Of a stretch of DNA of 64,000 bases, positions 10,761-22,708 are shown piece after piece. Position 1 is the stretch's first letter. The number at the start of each line of letters is the position of its first letter. The translations under genes and the position numbers were made by a program. This DNA is from Psammoneis japonica (Eukaryota): NCBI GenBank assembly GCA_008632985.1, contig QPGO01000016.1, positions 344,840 to 408,839 of the forward strand, read 5' to 3'. The notes under the pieces were generated by a model, which made no database searches, was not told where the DNA came from, and was given only the letters and a program-made list of their open reading frames with translations.

Positions 10761-12879
10761 ATTTTGTTTGGCTGGGTCCAACCAAAGCAAGTGCGAGTGT
10801 TTGCCCATGTCGTGTCATGCTTCCGATTTGTGCAATGCTGCTCGACCCTTCATTAAAGCTCCCAAAGCAAACACAGAAGTTTGATTCGTGCTGCTTCCTC
10901 GAAGCTGACTGACATTTGCTTCCCACCACTGGGGCCCCACTGTTGAATCTGCTCAAACTCAAGTCACAAATCATGCATCAGTGAGAAGTTTTGGACCTTG
11001 TTGTTGCGAGATGAATTTCTCCGCCAGAAGCAAAGAAATCCTTCAAGACCGAAAGAAGACACCAGAGCTCAATGGGAAGATTGGCGCGATTGTGTCAACA
11101 GAAAAGGAAGAGGTCGGTGTGAGACATCCAGACAAACCGGTTTCGTTTCATTCAAGCAGCTGTTGTCACCCAAGCAGTCAACACTGGGAGCGATTCCGTC
11201 AGTGACCCAAGATTCTTCCCAGGCTGAGAATGTGCCAAGGAATCTGTGGCATCCCACTTGAGTTGTCTGCATGGGTTTGGCCATGACAAGATTGCCAAGA
11301 CAGAATTCCACGCCAGCTGTGTTGTTGCAAACAGCCAAACAAAGATCACACCACCTCGTCCAGCACACACTGCTGCTTTTCTGCAACTCTGAGACAGCTC
11401 GTTCCAGGTGCATTGATGCCAGTGCAAATGCTGAGACTGCAAATGCTTTCATTGCAGCAGTCGGATTTAGTCAAGCTTGTTCAACTTCATTGAGTGATGC
11501 AGTGGCATTGCAAGGAGGCCTGTTGAATTGAATTTGTCTGGTGAAACGAACGGAATCCACCGTGCATTCTGACAGCTTCTGTTGCAAAAGTCCAGGAGCC
11601 AATGGCTGACTCCAAAGGGCAGCTCTTCCCTGTCTTTAATTTTCCAGTCAAAACAGCTTCAGTTCAAATGCTCGTTGCAATTGTTGCAGCTCTTTTTCGT
11701 GGCCATGAAACCCATCTGAGAAGCGGAGGGGCTTGGGCTCCATTTTCTTTTCAGTTTGAGCACTTTGTTGCACATGCAAAAACAATGAGGGTCACGACAA
11801 CAATGATGACAGCAGGCAACTGGAGCAGAAAGATGCAAATCTCAGTGGTGGGCTGGTGACATTGTTGCCCACATTCCGGTCCTTGTGTGTTGCATCCTTT
11901 GCCAGCACAACTCTCTCTGTCGAGGCTGGGCACAGTGTGCAAAACTGCAAACAACAACAACCACAATGACAACAGCAACAACAACTGCAACAATGACAGC
12001 AATGACACAAAAAAACTGAGATTTCAACACAAGTGCGACATTCAAAATCACCACCGTCAATGTAAAAAAAAAGTTGATCCATGGCAATGAGCGCAGGTGA
12101 GACAGGAGCACCAATGAAAGCAAAATGGCGCATTTTCCCTGGAAAGAGCTGTGCACACACACCTCATGGCAGGTGCTGAGGCTGGCTCCTGTGATGGGGA
12201 AAGAGATGTCTTTGTGCTTTTTTGTTTCTCCTCCAGCTCAGAGAACAAAGAGCCCCCTTTTCACCAATGGCCGACCCCACCAAATCTGGAGTTTGGGGGC
12301 ATCATGGCAAAGGTTTGATTTGACTTCTTGTTTGCAGGCCACTGCAAACCCAAGAGATTCAGCCAGAGCTGGCTGTGTCACAAAGGCCATCCCTGCAGCA
12401 AATGTCAGTTTTGAGCTCAATTTCCAGCTGCCTTTGCACACTCCTCCACATGCGAGCTCCCAGAGCCACACAATGCATTGTGTCCCCCACTTCTCTGATG
12501 TGGCCCAAAAGGTCAGGATGATGCTGGAAATCCCATCAATTAAAATGCAAGATGCAAGAAATTTAGAATCCTTCATGGCCAGTGTCACCCACTGTGTTTT
12601 TGTTTGGCCAGGTGGGTCACACCTTCCTGTTCAGACCATCTGAAAGCACTGCCAGTTTTCCATGATGAAGCAAACAACAATGTAGAAAATTCCTGCCTCG
12701 CCTGCAGCAGCATGTCATTCTCACACAGCAAAGTGGCTCTCTCCTGAACATGTTTTGTGCACAGTGCCTTTCCACAAAGTGTCAGTGCAGTCAAGCCAAA
12801 GCAACCAGCACTGCTCGTCAACAAAAGTGTGACAATCTGCCTGGCAAGCACGACAATCTCCTTTCCAGTCCAAGTCCAG

Positions 12880-13950
12880 CTCCAGCACCTGGACCTGCTC
12901 CAGTGCCACAAACCACTGCACAGCACCACCTTCTTTGGCTCTGACTCTGTGTCCCACACCAGCGCTGACTCCCTCTCTGCCTCTGCTTCAGTGCTGAACC
13001 CAGCTCCAGCACCAACGCCACCTGCTTTGACCCTCCCTCTCCAGTGCCACCCAGCTGGCTCCAGCTCCAGCACCAGCATCACCTGCTCTGGTGCCATTGC
13101 TGATTCCAGCACCATCTGCTCTGACTCTTTCTCCCATGCCAGCTCCAACACCAATGCCAACACCCGTGCTGGTGTGACTCCTTCCCCAATGCTGAACACA
13201 CACAGCTCCATCACACCAGCGCCATGCCAGGCATGGTTGCTTGTAGCACCTGCTTGGCACTGTGTGCACAACACATCCAGCCCAGCACCCAAAAGAAGCA
13301 CCAAGCACACCAAAGTGCCCAACACAGCATCTGGCATGCAGCACCCAAGCACTCAGCATCCAATGCAAAACACAGCTTCCAGCCCGGAATCTGGCACTGC
13401 ACTCAGTTCACAATCCAATGTGACATCCAGCCTCCCCAGCCCAGCATCCTGCTCCAAGCATCTGGCACCCCCAGCACCCAGCATTCAAGCACTCAGCACT
13501 CAACATGGCACCCAGGCAGCATCTGGTGCAGCAAACATCACCCAAGAAGCACTGGGAACACCCAGCATCCAGCATGTCACCCAGCACCCTTTTTGCAAGC
13601 ACCAGACCCGGCACCCAGCATCTGATGTGGCACCCAGTGTCCAGCCCAGCATCTCCCACACCTGAGCACCTGGCACTCAGCACCCAACAAAGCAGCCACC
13701 CAGCATCCAGTCCAGCACCCACACCAAGCATTCAGCACTCAACATGGCACCCAGCACCCAGTCCTGCACCAAAACACTGAGCCCCCAGCGTCCAACATGG
13801 CGTCCAGCACCCAAGCACCCAGCATCTGAAATCCAGCACTGTGCACCCAACATGGCATCAAGCATCCAACCCAGCATGTTCAGCACCTGAACACCCCCAC
13901 ACCCAGAGCACCCAACACAGCATCCAGTGCCCAGTGTCCAGCACACTTCC
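12880..13950. repeat. Low-complexity degenerate CCAGCA/CTGGCA/CCAGTG/CTGGTG repeat tract
   Basis: Dense recurrence of ccagca(c/t)c, ctggca, ccagtg and ctggtg hexamers over about 1 kb. Confidence 0.7.
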
Positions 13951-13959
13951 AGGTTTTGC

Positions 13960-15950
13960 CTTGAAGCTCACATCAAATCATTCAACATTTGACATGACTG
14001 GATCAGCTGTCATTGAAACAAAGCCCAGCTGGCACCACTGTTGCAACAGCAAAACCCTCACCTTCAAACCACATCTTTGCAACACAAGTTGTGCTCAGAT
14101 GGGCATTTTCCAGGTGTCAACAGCAGCAACCTCCACACCCCTCAACACCAGCTAAAAAAACAACTTGATCACTGGCATCCCTTGACACAGAACACTTGAA
14201 CATGTGGTGGCTGGCACCAACTGGGGCATCTGCAGCATGACCACCAGCAACAAATCTTGCTTTCCTCACAAAGCCCATTTTGTGTTGAGAGCCAAGTGAC
14301 ATGGAGCCTCTTGACACCCCACCACTCATCTTTGCATTTCCCTCGTCAAACATGCATGCTCCAGTGCATGCCCTTTTTTCTTTTCATTTCATGCAACCTC
14401 AACCTTTCACATTTCGTTGTTGATGGCCTTCCTTGAATGACCAGCCCCCATTTCCTCATCAAGCTGCAGAGCTCCATCCATGCTCATGGTCAATTTGACC
14501 CCAAAAGTGATGCATCTGTGCTGACTTTTGACACAGGAGCACCACTTCTCTTTTGCATCAACAACATGGCTTGCTGCTGCACACTCAACTGCCATTGTCA
14601 GATTTGATGCCATGGGGTCCTCCACAAGCTTGATTTGCTCAGTGGACCAATCTCTCTTTCCATTGTGCTGACAGCTCCCAACAGTGGTTGGCAAGCAATC
14701 CCCCTTGCCTTTCTTCTTGTTGTCTGCTCTTGCTCCCAATCATCCCATCTGAGATTGGGTGCTGTCTTTTCACTCTGATGTTGGCCCCACATTTCCTCCA
14801 AAATAAAAAAAAGATGCCAAGAGTTGCCCACCTGCTCAAAGACATTTTTTCAGCAATCATGCTCACACAGTGCACTCAACTGTGGACCCATCTGCACAGG
14901 CAATCTCACTTGTGTTCTTGTGGGTCAATGACGGGGGGGGGGTTGAGCACCTCCTGCAATTGGCTGACCATCCAGCCCCACAATGCAAGTTGTTTGTTGC
15001 CACCCTCTTTCCCCCCACATTTGTGCAGCTCCCTGCTCAAGTGTTTGTCAGTGGCACCCTCATTGTCATTGCCAGGCCTCTCATCAAACAGTGCATGTTC
15101 CCAAGCGCTTCTTGCTCTGCTGGAGCTGGCCCTTTTTCATGCTCCACACCAGTGTTCTCACCTGAAACAGCGCTGCCCAGCACAAAAGCAAACCAATCTC
15201 CCACCAGCTCCAGCAGGAAATTTGTGCCATCAAGTTCAGTTTCCAACATCTGGCCAAATGAGTCAGCCTTCTTCTTGGCATCATCATTTGAGCAGTGCTC
15301 AAAAACCAAATGTTCTGCTGGTGTCTCAGAAATCAGTTTCCCACCTGGGCAATCAAAGCAACAACACATGTCAGAACCAACAACATTGTGCAACACACCA
15401 AGCCAATGAGCAAACCTCCTGGCAAGCAAATCACAAAGCAGCTGCTGCATCTGGTTTGTTGGGCAAGCCCACCACCTGTGCTGCCAACAAGACAAAATAA
15501 AAAAAACTCAAAATCCAAGTGTTTCCTGCGTTGGTTGTTTGCACTCTGACCTTGATCATTCATGCCCACCCACAGAAATGCGTGACAGATTTTGTGCTTT
15601 GTTGCGCCATTTGACAAAAAAGAGCCAGCCAGCTGCTGCAAACACCTGGCTTTTTTGCTGCCACAGTGACTGAGAGCTGTGGGTGTCTTGTGCAGTGAAT
15701 CCAAAGAAAGGGTCAATGCGACATGTTCGATGCAGAGAGCTGGACTTCTGGTTGTTTGGGCAGCTCAGCACAAGATAAAAAACTGCATGCTGTCATCAAA
15801 TTTTTGCATGCCAACAACTGCAGCAAGGAGTGTGTTTGCTGGAACTGGCCTGGTGCCAGACTCTCTCCAAAATTGTCAAGTGCAACCTCTGCACTGCTGG
15901 TGTTCACATCATTGCAGACATCATCTGCTGCTGAAAAAATCTGCTGCAAG
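13960..15950 (-). mobile_element. Degenerate Ty1/copia (CoDi-like) pol remnant
   Basis: Minus-strand translations give KMGFVRKARFVAGGH (copia RT RKARFVAGGH), SVSRDAS..VFLA, ENAHL (from GNAYL), TFGVKLTMSMDGALQLDEEMG..RKAINNEM and SNLTMAVECAAAS (from NP.EVAEYA). Confidence 0.8.
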
Positions 15951-16345
15951 ACGCGTTCCAGACGTAGGTGGGAATCCGTGTGACATTGGGCCCGTAGACT
16001 TCTACGTGCGAGCTCCGTAGTAAAATTATACGGTAATTAAAATGTCAATGATCGCCAACAGAAAATGAGGCAATTTTGCGAACGCACAAACTCGCACATG
16101 ATTGAAGTACATCATTTTTTACTTAGCCAGTTACATTCTTCAGACATTGAAGAATGTAACTGGCGCATTATTGTTTCTATAAATTTGTTATATAAAACGT
16201 CTGGGGCTTCGCAAAACAGCGAGTCTGGACAATTTTTTTTAAATATCACACGTAGAAATCTACGTACGAAACATACGACGGATGATAAAAATTATTGTTG
16301 TCACACGTCAGTACTACGAGCTCCCACCTAGGGCTGGAACGCGTC
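15950..16345. mobile_element. MITE-like foldback element, unmutated
   Basis: Inverted repeat gacgcgttccagacgTAggtggga (15950-15973) / tcccaccTAgggctggaacgcgtc (16322-16345). Inner IRs are cgtgtgaca/tgtcacacg and cgtagacttctacgtg/cacgtagaaatctacg. The interior is rich in TA and CG. Confidence 0.65.
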
Positions 16346-16514
16346 GCAAATGCAACTTGGACAGCTGGCGGTTTTGATCACAAAAACAATGGTCCTCTGG
16401 TGCTCAATTGACAATGAGACCTGGTGCACAATGCACGTGCCAGGGCGACTGCATGACGCCACACACGCATGGACAATGCGCTGCTCATGGGGGGGGGGGG
16501 GGGGGGGGAATCGA

Positions 16515-17045
16515 TTCTTGTCACAACGTCAATTTGCAATCTGCTCTCGCTCCAGCAGAGAGAGTTGCAGCAGCGTTTGACTCCACTGGATTGTTGCAAT
16601 CTGTGCACCGGTGAAACTGCTTCATTTGTCCAGTCTGGACCACAGCACAATCTCCCTGACCTGGCCAAACCTTTCCGTCAATGCTGCGCGACACAACATC
16701 AATTCTGCAATCTGCTCTCTCTCCAGCAGAGAGAGTTGCAGCAGCATTTGCTTCCACTCTAGACTGTTGCAACCCATGCACCATCAGAGCTGATTTGTGT
16801 TCATCCAGAGTCTGAGCCACAGCGCAATCTCCCTGACCTGACCAAACCTTTCCATCAGTGCTGCTCGACACAACATCAACTCTGCAATCTGCTCTCTCTC
16901 CAGCAGAGAGAGTTGCAGCAGCATTTGCTTCCACTCTAGATTGTTGCAATCTGTGCACCGGCAGAACTGCTTCATGTTTGTCCAGAGTCTAAACCACAGT
17001 ACAATCTCCCTGACCTGACCAAACCTTTCCATCAATGCTGCATGA
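16515..17045. repeat. Tandem repeat, about 3 units of 171-177 bp
   Basis: tccagcagagagagttgcagcagc recurs at 16551, 16722 and 16899, and aatctccctgacctg.ccaaacctttcc recurs three times. Confidence 0.9.
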
Positions 17046-17419
17046 CCACCTGTGAGTTTGCATTATTTATGAAAGTCTCAGGAGAGTCATTTGTTAAATC
17101 AACAAATGACTGTTGTAGGTCATTTCCTGGAATGTTCCAGACATTTGACCGTCAAGCGGGAAAGTGTTCGCGGATGCCTTCAACTTGACGTCAAGCAGCT
17201 AAAATCTAAACGAGGCATAAATCTGTGTTAGTACAATAGAATTGATTCGGGGAGCACAACATATCCGCGACTTCTATTCTCTCGACTCGAGCATCCACAA
17301 TACGAGGCTACAGCATAGCACTGCATGTCTGAACTGCATGACCTTTGACTGCTCCTTCCCCAACATCAACGAACGACAACGCCATTGAAACACTAATCCG
17401 TTTGCACTTCGAGCAGAAA

Positions 17420-20209
17420 ATGAGCAAGACACTTGTGATCATCTTGTTGTTCTTGATGGCTGCTGCGGTGCCGATTTGTGGAGAAAACAATATTTTTCTC
17501 CACAAGCCATCAAACCAGCGACAGTGCATTCGACAGAAAACCAGGAAGTGCAAGCGTCTAAACAGGATTTGCAGGAAGGCTAGTAAGATGTTTCCAGTCT
17601 GCATACACCTGAATGCCTTCTGCAACGCTCAGGGGAATTCGAATGCCATAAGGAATGCCAGAAAATGCAGAAGCATGAGAGAGGCGTGTACCACCCGTAG
17701 GTGCCAGGGGGACAAGCAAGGGAGGTTGTGCCGCGCCTCCGGTAGGCTGTGCTCATCATGTGCAAATTTCCCCAGATCAGAAACGAAGAAATGGGATTGC
17801 CGTCCAGACGATACCCCCAAAACGCCTGCGCAGTACCCCGCAGACCCTTATTGCCGTAACAACTGCGGCGATGACTCTGCGGCATCATTTGGCGACCCTC
17901 ACCTTGTCACGTTTGACAACTATCGTTATTCGTGCATGGCAGAAGGGGAGTTTGTTCTGGTCAAATCGCTGGATTCAGGCCTTGTGATTCAGTCTCGCTT
18001 CAAGAAAGTCGGAACATTGGTGAGCGTCGCTCGCGGATTTGTGGCTCGAGAAAGCGATTCGGCGGGTTCTCCCGTGGTGCAGCTTACTGTTCCTGAAAAT
18101 GACGCCACACCGATATTGTATGTTGATTCTGTGATCCAAGATACTCTTGCCTCCTTTGAAGATGAACGTGTCTCTTACGTCCCATCGCCGGATGGGATGG
18201 TCTTTACCGTAACGTTCAAGGAGAGAGGTCTGTCCATTGTGGGCGAGTGGAACGGAGGTTTCGTGCTCAATGTGAACGTTGCGCTCCCCATTTCCTACCG
18301 TTCTGAGCGTATCGTGGGTTTGCTTGGCACCAACGATGATGACTCGACCAATGACTGGATGGCTCCGAATGGCACCACCATCGAGGCTACGGCAATTGGC
18401 GGAATCTTTCAGGGAGGTATCAACTACTACGAGTACTGCGTTGCGAACTGGTGCATTACCAACGAAAACCAGTCCTTATTTACATATGATCAAGAGCATG
18501 ACTTTTCATATTACTTTGGCTGTGATCAGCCTTATGCCGGTGATATTGATGTCTCTGGAGTTACATCAGATTTGATGGATCTTTGTGGTATAGATGAAGA
18601 ATGCTTGGTGGATGGGGTTGAACTGGGCATTGGCGCAGCGCAAAGGGCTCTCGAGGCAAAGGCCGCGGCGCTGCGAACGTCCTCCGAAGCAAAGTTCAGA
18701 ATCTCTCCGTATCTCTGGGTCCACAATGTTCATTACAACGTCACGTTTACGTTGAATATCTCGGGAATTCTTCCTCCAGATGACGCGTCCTCGATTGAGT
18801 CCTATTCGATCTATCAATTGGATTTAGCAACGAAATATCTCGGTGAAGCTCTGGAAGAGTCACCAGGGAGTAACATATTTGCTTTGGTCTCTCAGATTCA
18901 ATCCGACACGGTCGGCAAAAGTTTCGATTTTCAAGCTGTTCCAGTTATTGGCGGGCTAGACGATCCGACATCCCCTTATGTCTTCACTCGTCTAAATGGC
19001 GCAGTATGCTTTTCTTATGCTTCGGGTATTGGATTGGTAGACATGTTTTTCGACAATTTTGCTATCCTTCCCGAAGCGGCTACGGTCTCAGTCTTAGACG
19101 TTGAAGATAAACGCATTGTGGCGAGGTGGAGCAACACGGGAAATAGCCCTCGGAGCCTCAGCGTTCCTACCACGTTGCTTTTAGTATTTGTGCGGGAATT
19201 CTCGGCATTTGTTTTCAAAGAAGTGGACTGCTTGTTTAGTGCTTGTAGATTGGAGGGAGTTACTGCAACATTGGAAGTCAACCTTTCAAGAATAGATGGA
19301 TACGTCCTGAAGGTTACGCTTGCTGTGTTGGACAGATTCGTCGTCGTCGCCGGTGGAACAAACGTCACCTTCAACATCCTTGCCATTCCTGACTTGACTG
19401 TGAAGATAACGGAGTCTGCCGGGTTTGGGTATGTCAGCCCTTTTGCCATTCCCAACGTGAATTGTTCTTCAGGGTCTTGTCGTGTGGAAGATGTGACGAA
19501 CGACCTCTTTGTCAACACGACCGGACTTGTGGAAGACATTGACGTTTACCTATACGATTCCGTCGCGGGTGGAAGAGTTCGGTTTTTACCTGATGTTGGT
19601 GGAATTGAGTTCACAACCGCAGTCTTACCTTTCGTTTATGATATTCATGTGGAAGACGGCTCGTCGATCCTTATTGCTAAAGACATTGATTGTTCTTTGG
19701 GCCCGTGCTCTTTCGGCCCAGTGACTGCAAACTTGTTGGTTAATCTGACCGGCTTACCTGGCGGCGATTTGAGCGTGATGCTTCAAACGGCCTCTGGTAG
19801 CACTTTTCGGAGCTACACCAATGTTGATGGCACTGCCCAAGTATATCAGATTCTTGCCCTCCCTGATCTTTCGGTGCATATAACGGAACGAGGAGCGGGA
19901 CAAGTGAGCTCCCTGCTCATTGAAAATGTCAACTGTACCACAGGCGAATGCAGTGCCGGTCCTCTCACCAGCAGTCTCTCTATAGATCTAGACTTGGACG
20001 ACTCCTCAGAAGACACTGTCGATGTTGAATTGGTTGATCCAGAGAATGGTGGCATTGTTCGTCGTATCGTGGATCAGGGAGGTTTGCAGCTGGACCTTTC
20101 GGTACTTTGTGGTCTTGCGTACATTGTCCGTGTTTTCCGCATTGTGATATCGGAAGAAACCACTGGGGTCTGTCCATGTGGAGGGACGTGCGGACATCTC
20201 TCCTTCTAG
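17420..20209 (+). CDS. Large secreted protein with a von Willebrand factor type D (VWD) domain
   Basis: Likely start MSKTLVIILLFLMAAAVP (signal peptide). VWD motifs SFGDPHLVTFD, GEFVLVK and VGLLGTNDDDSTNDW are present. The N-terminus is basic and Cys-rich, and the C-terminus has ~80-aa beta-rich repeats containing a C-x3-C motif. Confidence 0.8.
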   Translation: MSKTLVIILLFLMAAAVPICGENNIFLHKPSNQRQCIRQKTRKCKRLNRICRKASKMFPVCIHLNAFCNAQGNSNAIRNARKCRSMREACTTRRCQGDKQGRLCRASGRLCSSCANFPRSETKKWDCRPDDTPKTPAQYPADPYCRNNCGDDSAASFGDPHLVTFDNYRYSCMAEGEFVLVKSLDSGLVIQSRFKKVGTLVSVARGFVARESDSAGSPVVQLTVPENDATPILYVDSVIQDTLASFEDERVSYVPSPDGMVFTVTFKERGLSIVGEWNGGFVLNVNVALPISYRSERIVGLLGTNDDDSTNDWMAPNGTTIEATAIGGIFQGGINYYEYCVANWCITNENQSLFTYDQEHDFSYYFGCDQPYAGDIDVSGVTSDLMDLCGIDEECLVDGVELGIGAAQRALEAKAAALRTSSEAKFRISPYLWVHNVHYNVTFTLNISGILPPDDASSIESYSIYQLDLATKYLGEALEESPGSNIFALVSQIQSDTVGKSFDFQAVPVIGGLDDPTSPYVFTRLNGAVCFSYASGIGLVDMFFDNFAILPEAATVSVLDVEDKRIVARWSNTGNSPRSLSVPTTLLLVFVREFSAFVFKEVDCLFSACRLEGVTATLEVNLSRIDGYVLKVTLAVLDRFVVVAGGTNVTFNILAIPDLTVKITESAGFGYVSPFAIPNVNCSSGSCRVEDVTNDLFVNTTGLVEDIDVYLYDSVAGGRVRFLPDVGGIEFTTAVLPFVYDIHVEDGSSILIAKDIDCSLGPCSFGPVTANLLVNLTGLPGGDLSVMLQTASGSTFRSYTNVDGTAQVYQILALPDLSVHITERGAGQVSSLLIENVNCTTGECSAGPLTSSLSIDLDLDDSSEDTVDVELVDPENGGIVRRIVDQGGLQLDLSVLCGLAYIVRVFRIVISEETTGVCPCGGTCGHLSF

Positions 20210-22027
20210 TTGTTCCTCACTCACTTAGGTACTCCGCAAGTACTTCTCCAACACTATCCGGCACAAAGTACTTTACGGGGTTCCACCGTCCATGACTCCG
20301 TGTCCATTTCCTCCCAGTGTTCGTCACTATCTACCGGTACTGTAGAGCTTCCTCGAGCAGCGTCACACAGTGTGGGCTAACGAGATGCACACAGTGACAA
20401 GCGGCAGCATTCAGCTCTTCAAGAACAACACAAACATTTTCGTCACGATTCTCAATATGGGATAAAAGCCAAGCTGCCCACTACATGGCTTGCTGGGAGG
20501 GGTCGTCAAATGGTTCTGGAGGCTCAGGCTCAGGCTCAGCAATGGCCCTCATGAAAACGTCATGGAGTACAAGCGAGGAAGCTACCTTTGGAAACACTAG
20601 TGCGTCTTGTCCTTTTCCAATAATAAACGTGAGAAATGCCTCGGGCTCTTGTTAGGGTTCTTCCAACGGGCACATGATGTTATTACGCAGAATGGCATCC
20701 CGTCCATCCCCATGAAGGCTGCGGCCATGTTTCACCAGACATCCCATCGAATGAAAATGTGCCGGTTCACTGCCCATTCACGATGTTGCTCGCCATAATT
20801 GTCGCAGCAAAACAAGGGTGCAACGGTATTCGCTGCGGTTGTCGTAAACCACAGCCATGCAGTACCGAAGCCGGATCCGTTCCCTTTTGCTAATCTGCTC
20901 CGATGCTAAGCCCTTTGCCGTTCGACTTTGTCGTTCTTCAATGGGCACTTTTGGAATTTTTGGTAGCACTCTGAAGGTGTTTATTCTTTCACGAGACACC
21001 TCTGCCTGAAGAATGTCAAAGATTTCAAGACGCACGCCACCACCATCCCGGTCCACCAAATTGTCCCAAAGAGAATGAGGTCAAGCCACTCTTTTCATCT
21101 TTATCCAGGTGGTCGAAACGGGGTTGACTGTAGGCCCGCTCGTAGCTGTATCCTTGCATTACAAGGATACTCCGTGCGCGACAAGATTACCATGCCGCTG
21201 GGGTGGTGCTCATGCCGAGTGCTCGAGAAAGACATGCCCCGTGGCATATGATGGTTGATGCCTTCCCAGTGGACGGTGCAAGGTTGTTGCGTCCGCCGCA
21301 GCTTGCAAACGTAGGAACGGTTACCTTCAAGGACTGGGCACGACGTACCGGAGAATCAAGTGCGCTCTTCCTGATAAGCCAGGCGTGTGTTGCTGGAAGA
21401 GTGGCAAGCGTCTCACGTTGACAAAGTCAAAGAGGGGAGGCTTGTTCAAGGGGCAGTTCAAGAAATGATGCTCTTTACAAGTGTGCAGCGCTTGAGTCAT
21501 TAGTGTTGAGTTGCTCGCTCGCTCTGGAATGACGTATTGCAAGAATACTCTTGCCCTCTGGATTTTGATTTTCCAGGCGAGCGCATCCACCGATGAGTCA
21601 ATTCTGGGATTGCATTTTACATACCAGTAGATAATTTAACGAATAGTAGAAATACTCGATAGAAGTAGAGTCCAGAATATACCAATCTGTCAGGAATAAG
21701 CAAGCCTGGAAACCATAGAGAGCCGCTAGTAAAAGTGAGACATTGTATCAAGTAAACAAATGGAATCCAACGGGAGTTTTGTTACCATGCTTGTTTGGTG
21801 TGGTTTTTGTTGCCTACTATTGCACACTGGATGCCTACGGTACTGTCTCTGCCCCACACCGACCAAATGATGCTCGCCAATGAGTTCTCACGGCTTCCTG
21901 AAGATGCATGTAAATGTAAAGTAGTTTAGTGAATCGTTGCTTTATACATCGAGCGGAATTGCTAGTTGTCTACTTACTCATCTGCTCGTTTCTCTTTCTC
22001 GGTCATGGCTGCTCCTCCATCAATTTC

Positions 22028-22708
22028 TTATGTTGCATCGTTCTTGAGCTCGTCGATATCGAAATCACCTTCATCAAACTCCCATCCATGCTCCTGCGCA
22101 TAAACCTTCATTTTCACCTTCAAGAAATCCATGATGCAAGGCACAATCCGTTCGTCACGAGTAAAGACGTCGTTTTCTTGTTGCGCCGCATGGAGAGCCC
22201 TTTTCATGTGTCTCATCCAAAGTTTGGCACCACGTGCATTCATTATTTCCGCTGCATTGTGCTCGTGATGAAAGGAAATACGATAACTCCCACCGTGATA
22301 GTATTTTCCACCTCCCATGACATCCATCCAATAAAGTGTTTGTGTCAATACGTGATGCTCCACCGGTGCAATGCGTTCAAAGACACGACGAAACCAATCG
22401 TTCTCCTCATCCTCAAACACATACTCATAAAATGTCTTGACAATCTTGTAAATGACGTCTTGACCCAACAACGAGTAGAGCTGCCAAAAATAAAGTGGCT
22501 GGGATGTATCCATGTCGGCGTCGAGTGATGTGCTAATTTCATTGGCTTGCTGTCGATTGTATCCTCGGTCCAATAACCATTCCCGTCGGCCTTGGGTTGT
22601 TGCATAGCCTTCTTTTGTGCCAAAGGGGCATTTTTTGTCTTTGCTTCCGTCGAGACTGCAGAATCTGTTTTCGAGGTCATTAGCTTTCTGTTGTTCTTTT
22701 TTGCTCAA
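22028..22708 (-). CDS. Truncated (2/2) haemoglobin-like protein; true start probably upstream (~22877) across a frameshift
   Basis: LYSLLGQDVIYKIVKTFYEYVFED..WFRRVF, YWMDVMGGGKYYHG, HH and LWMRHMKRAL match the group II truncated globin pattern. Confidence 0.65.
   Translation of the reverse strand: MSKKEQQKANDLENRFCSLDGSKDKKCPFGTKEGYATTQGRREWLLDRGYNRQQANEISTSLDADMDTSQPLYFWQLYSLLGQDVIYKIVKTFYEYVFEDEENDWFRRVFERIAPVEHHVLTQTLYWMDVMGGGKYYHGGSYRISFHHEHNAAEIMNARGAKLWMRHMKRALHAAQQENDVFTRDERIVPCIMDFLKVKMKVYAQEHGWEFDEGDFDIDELKNDAT

Larger units (their letters stand above)
8720..15950. other. TpA/CpG-depleted, TpG/CpA-rich hypermutated domain
   Basis: TpA is almost absent and CG is rare. Many overlapping Tyr-free, Cys/His/Gln-rich ORFs appear in all six frames. 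Confidence 0.9.

Noticed and set aside
8720..15950. The many 60-330 aa Cys/His-rich ORFs as real genes or evidence of an alternative genetic code
   Set aside because: They overlap in all six frames, lack Tyr and are explained by loss of TAA/TAG. Neighbouring genes use the standard code.
16515..17045. Repeat array as a CRISPR locus
   Set aside because: The units are long, contiguous and lack unique spacers. No cas genes are present and the context is eukaryotic.
20600..21600. Possible fragmented gene or TE in normal-composition DNA
   Set aside because: Only short ORFs are present and I could not identify any motif.
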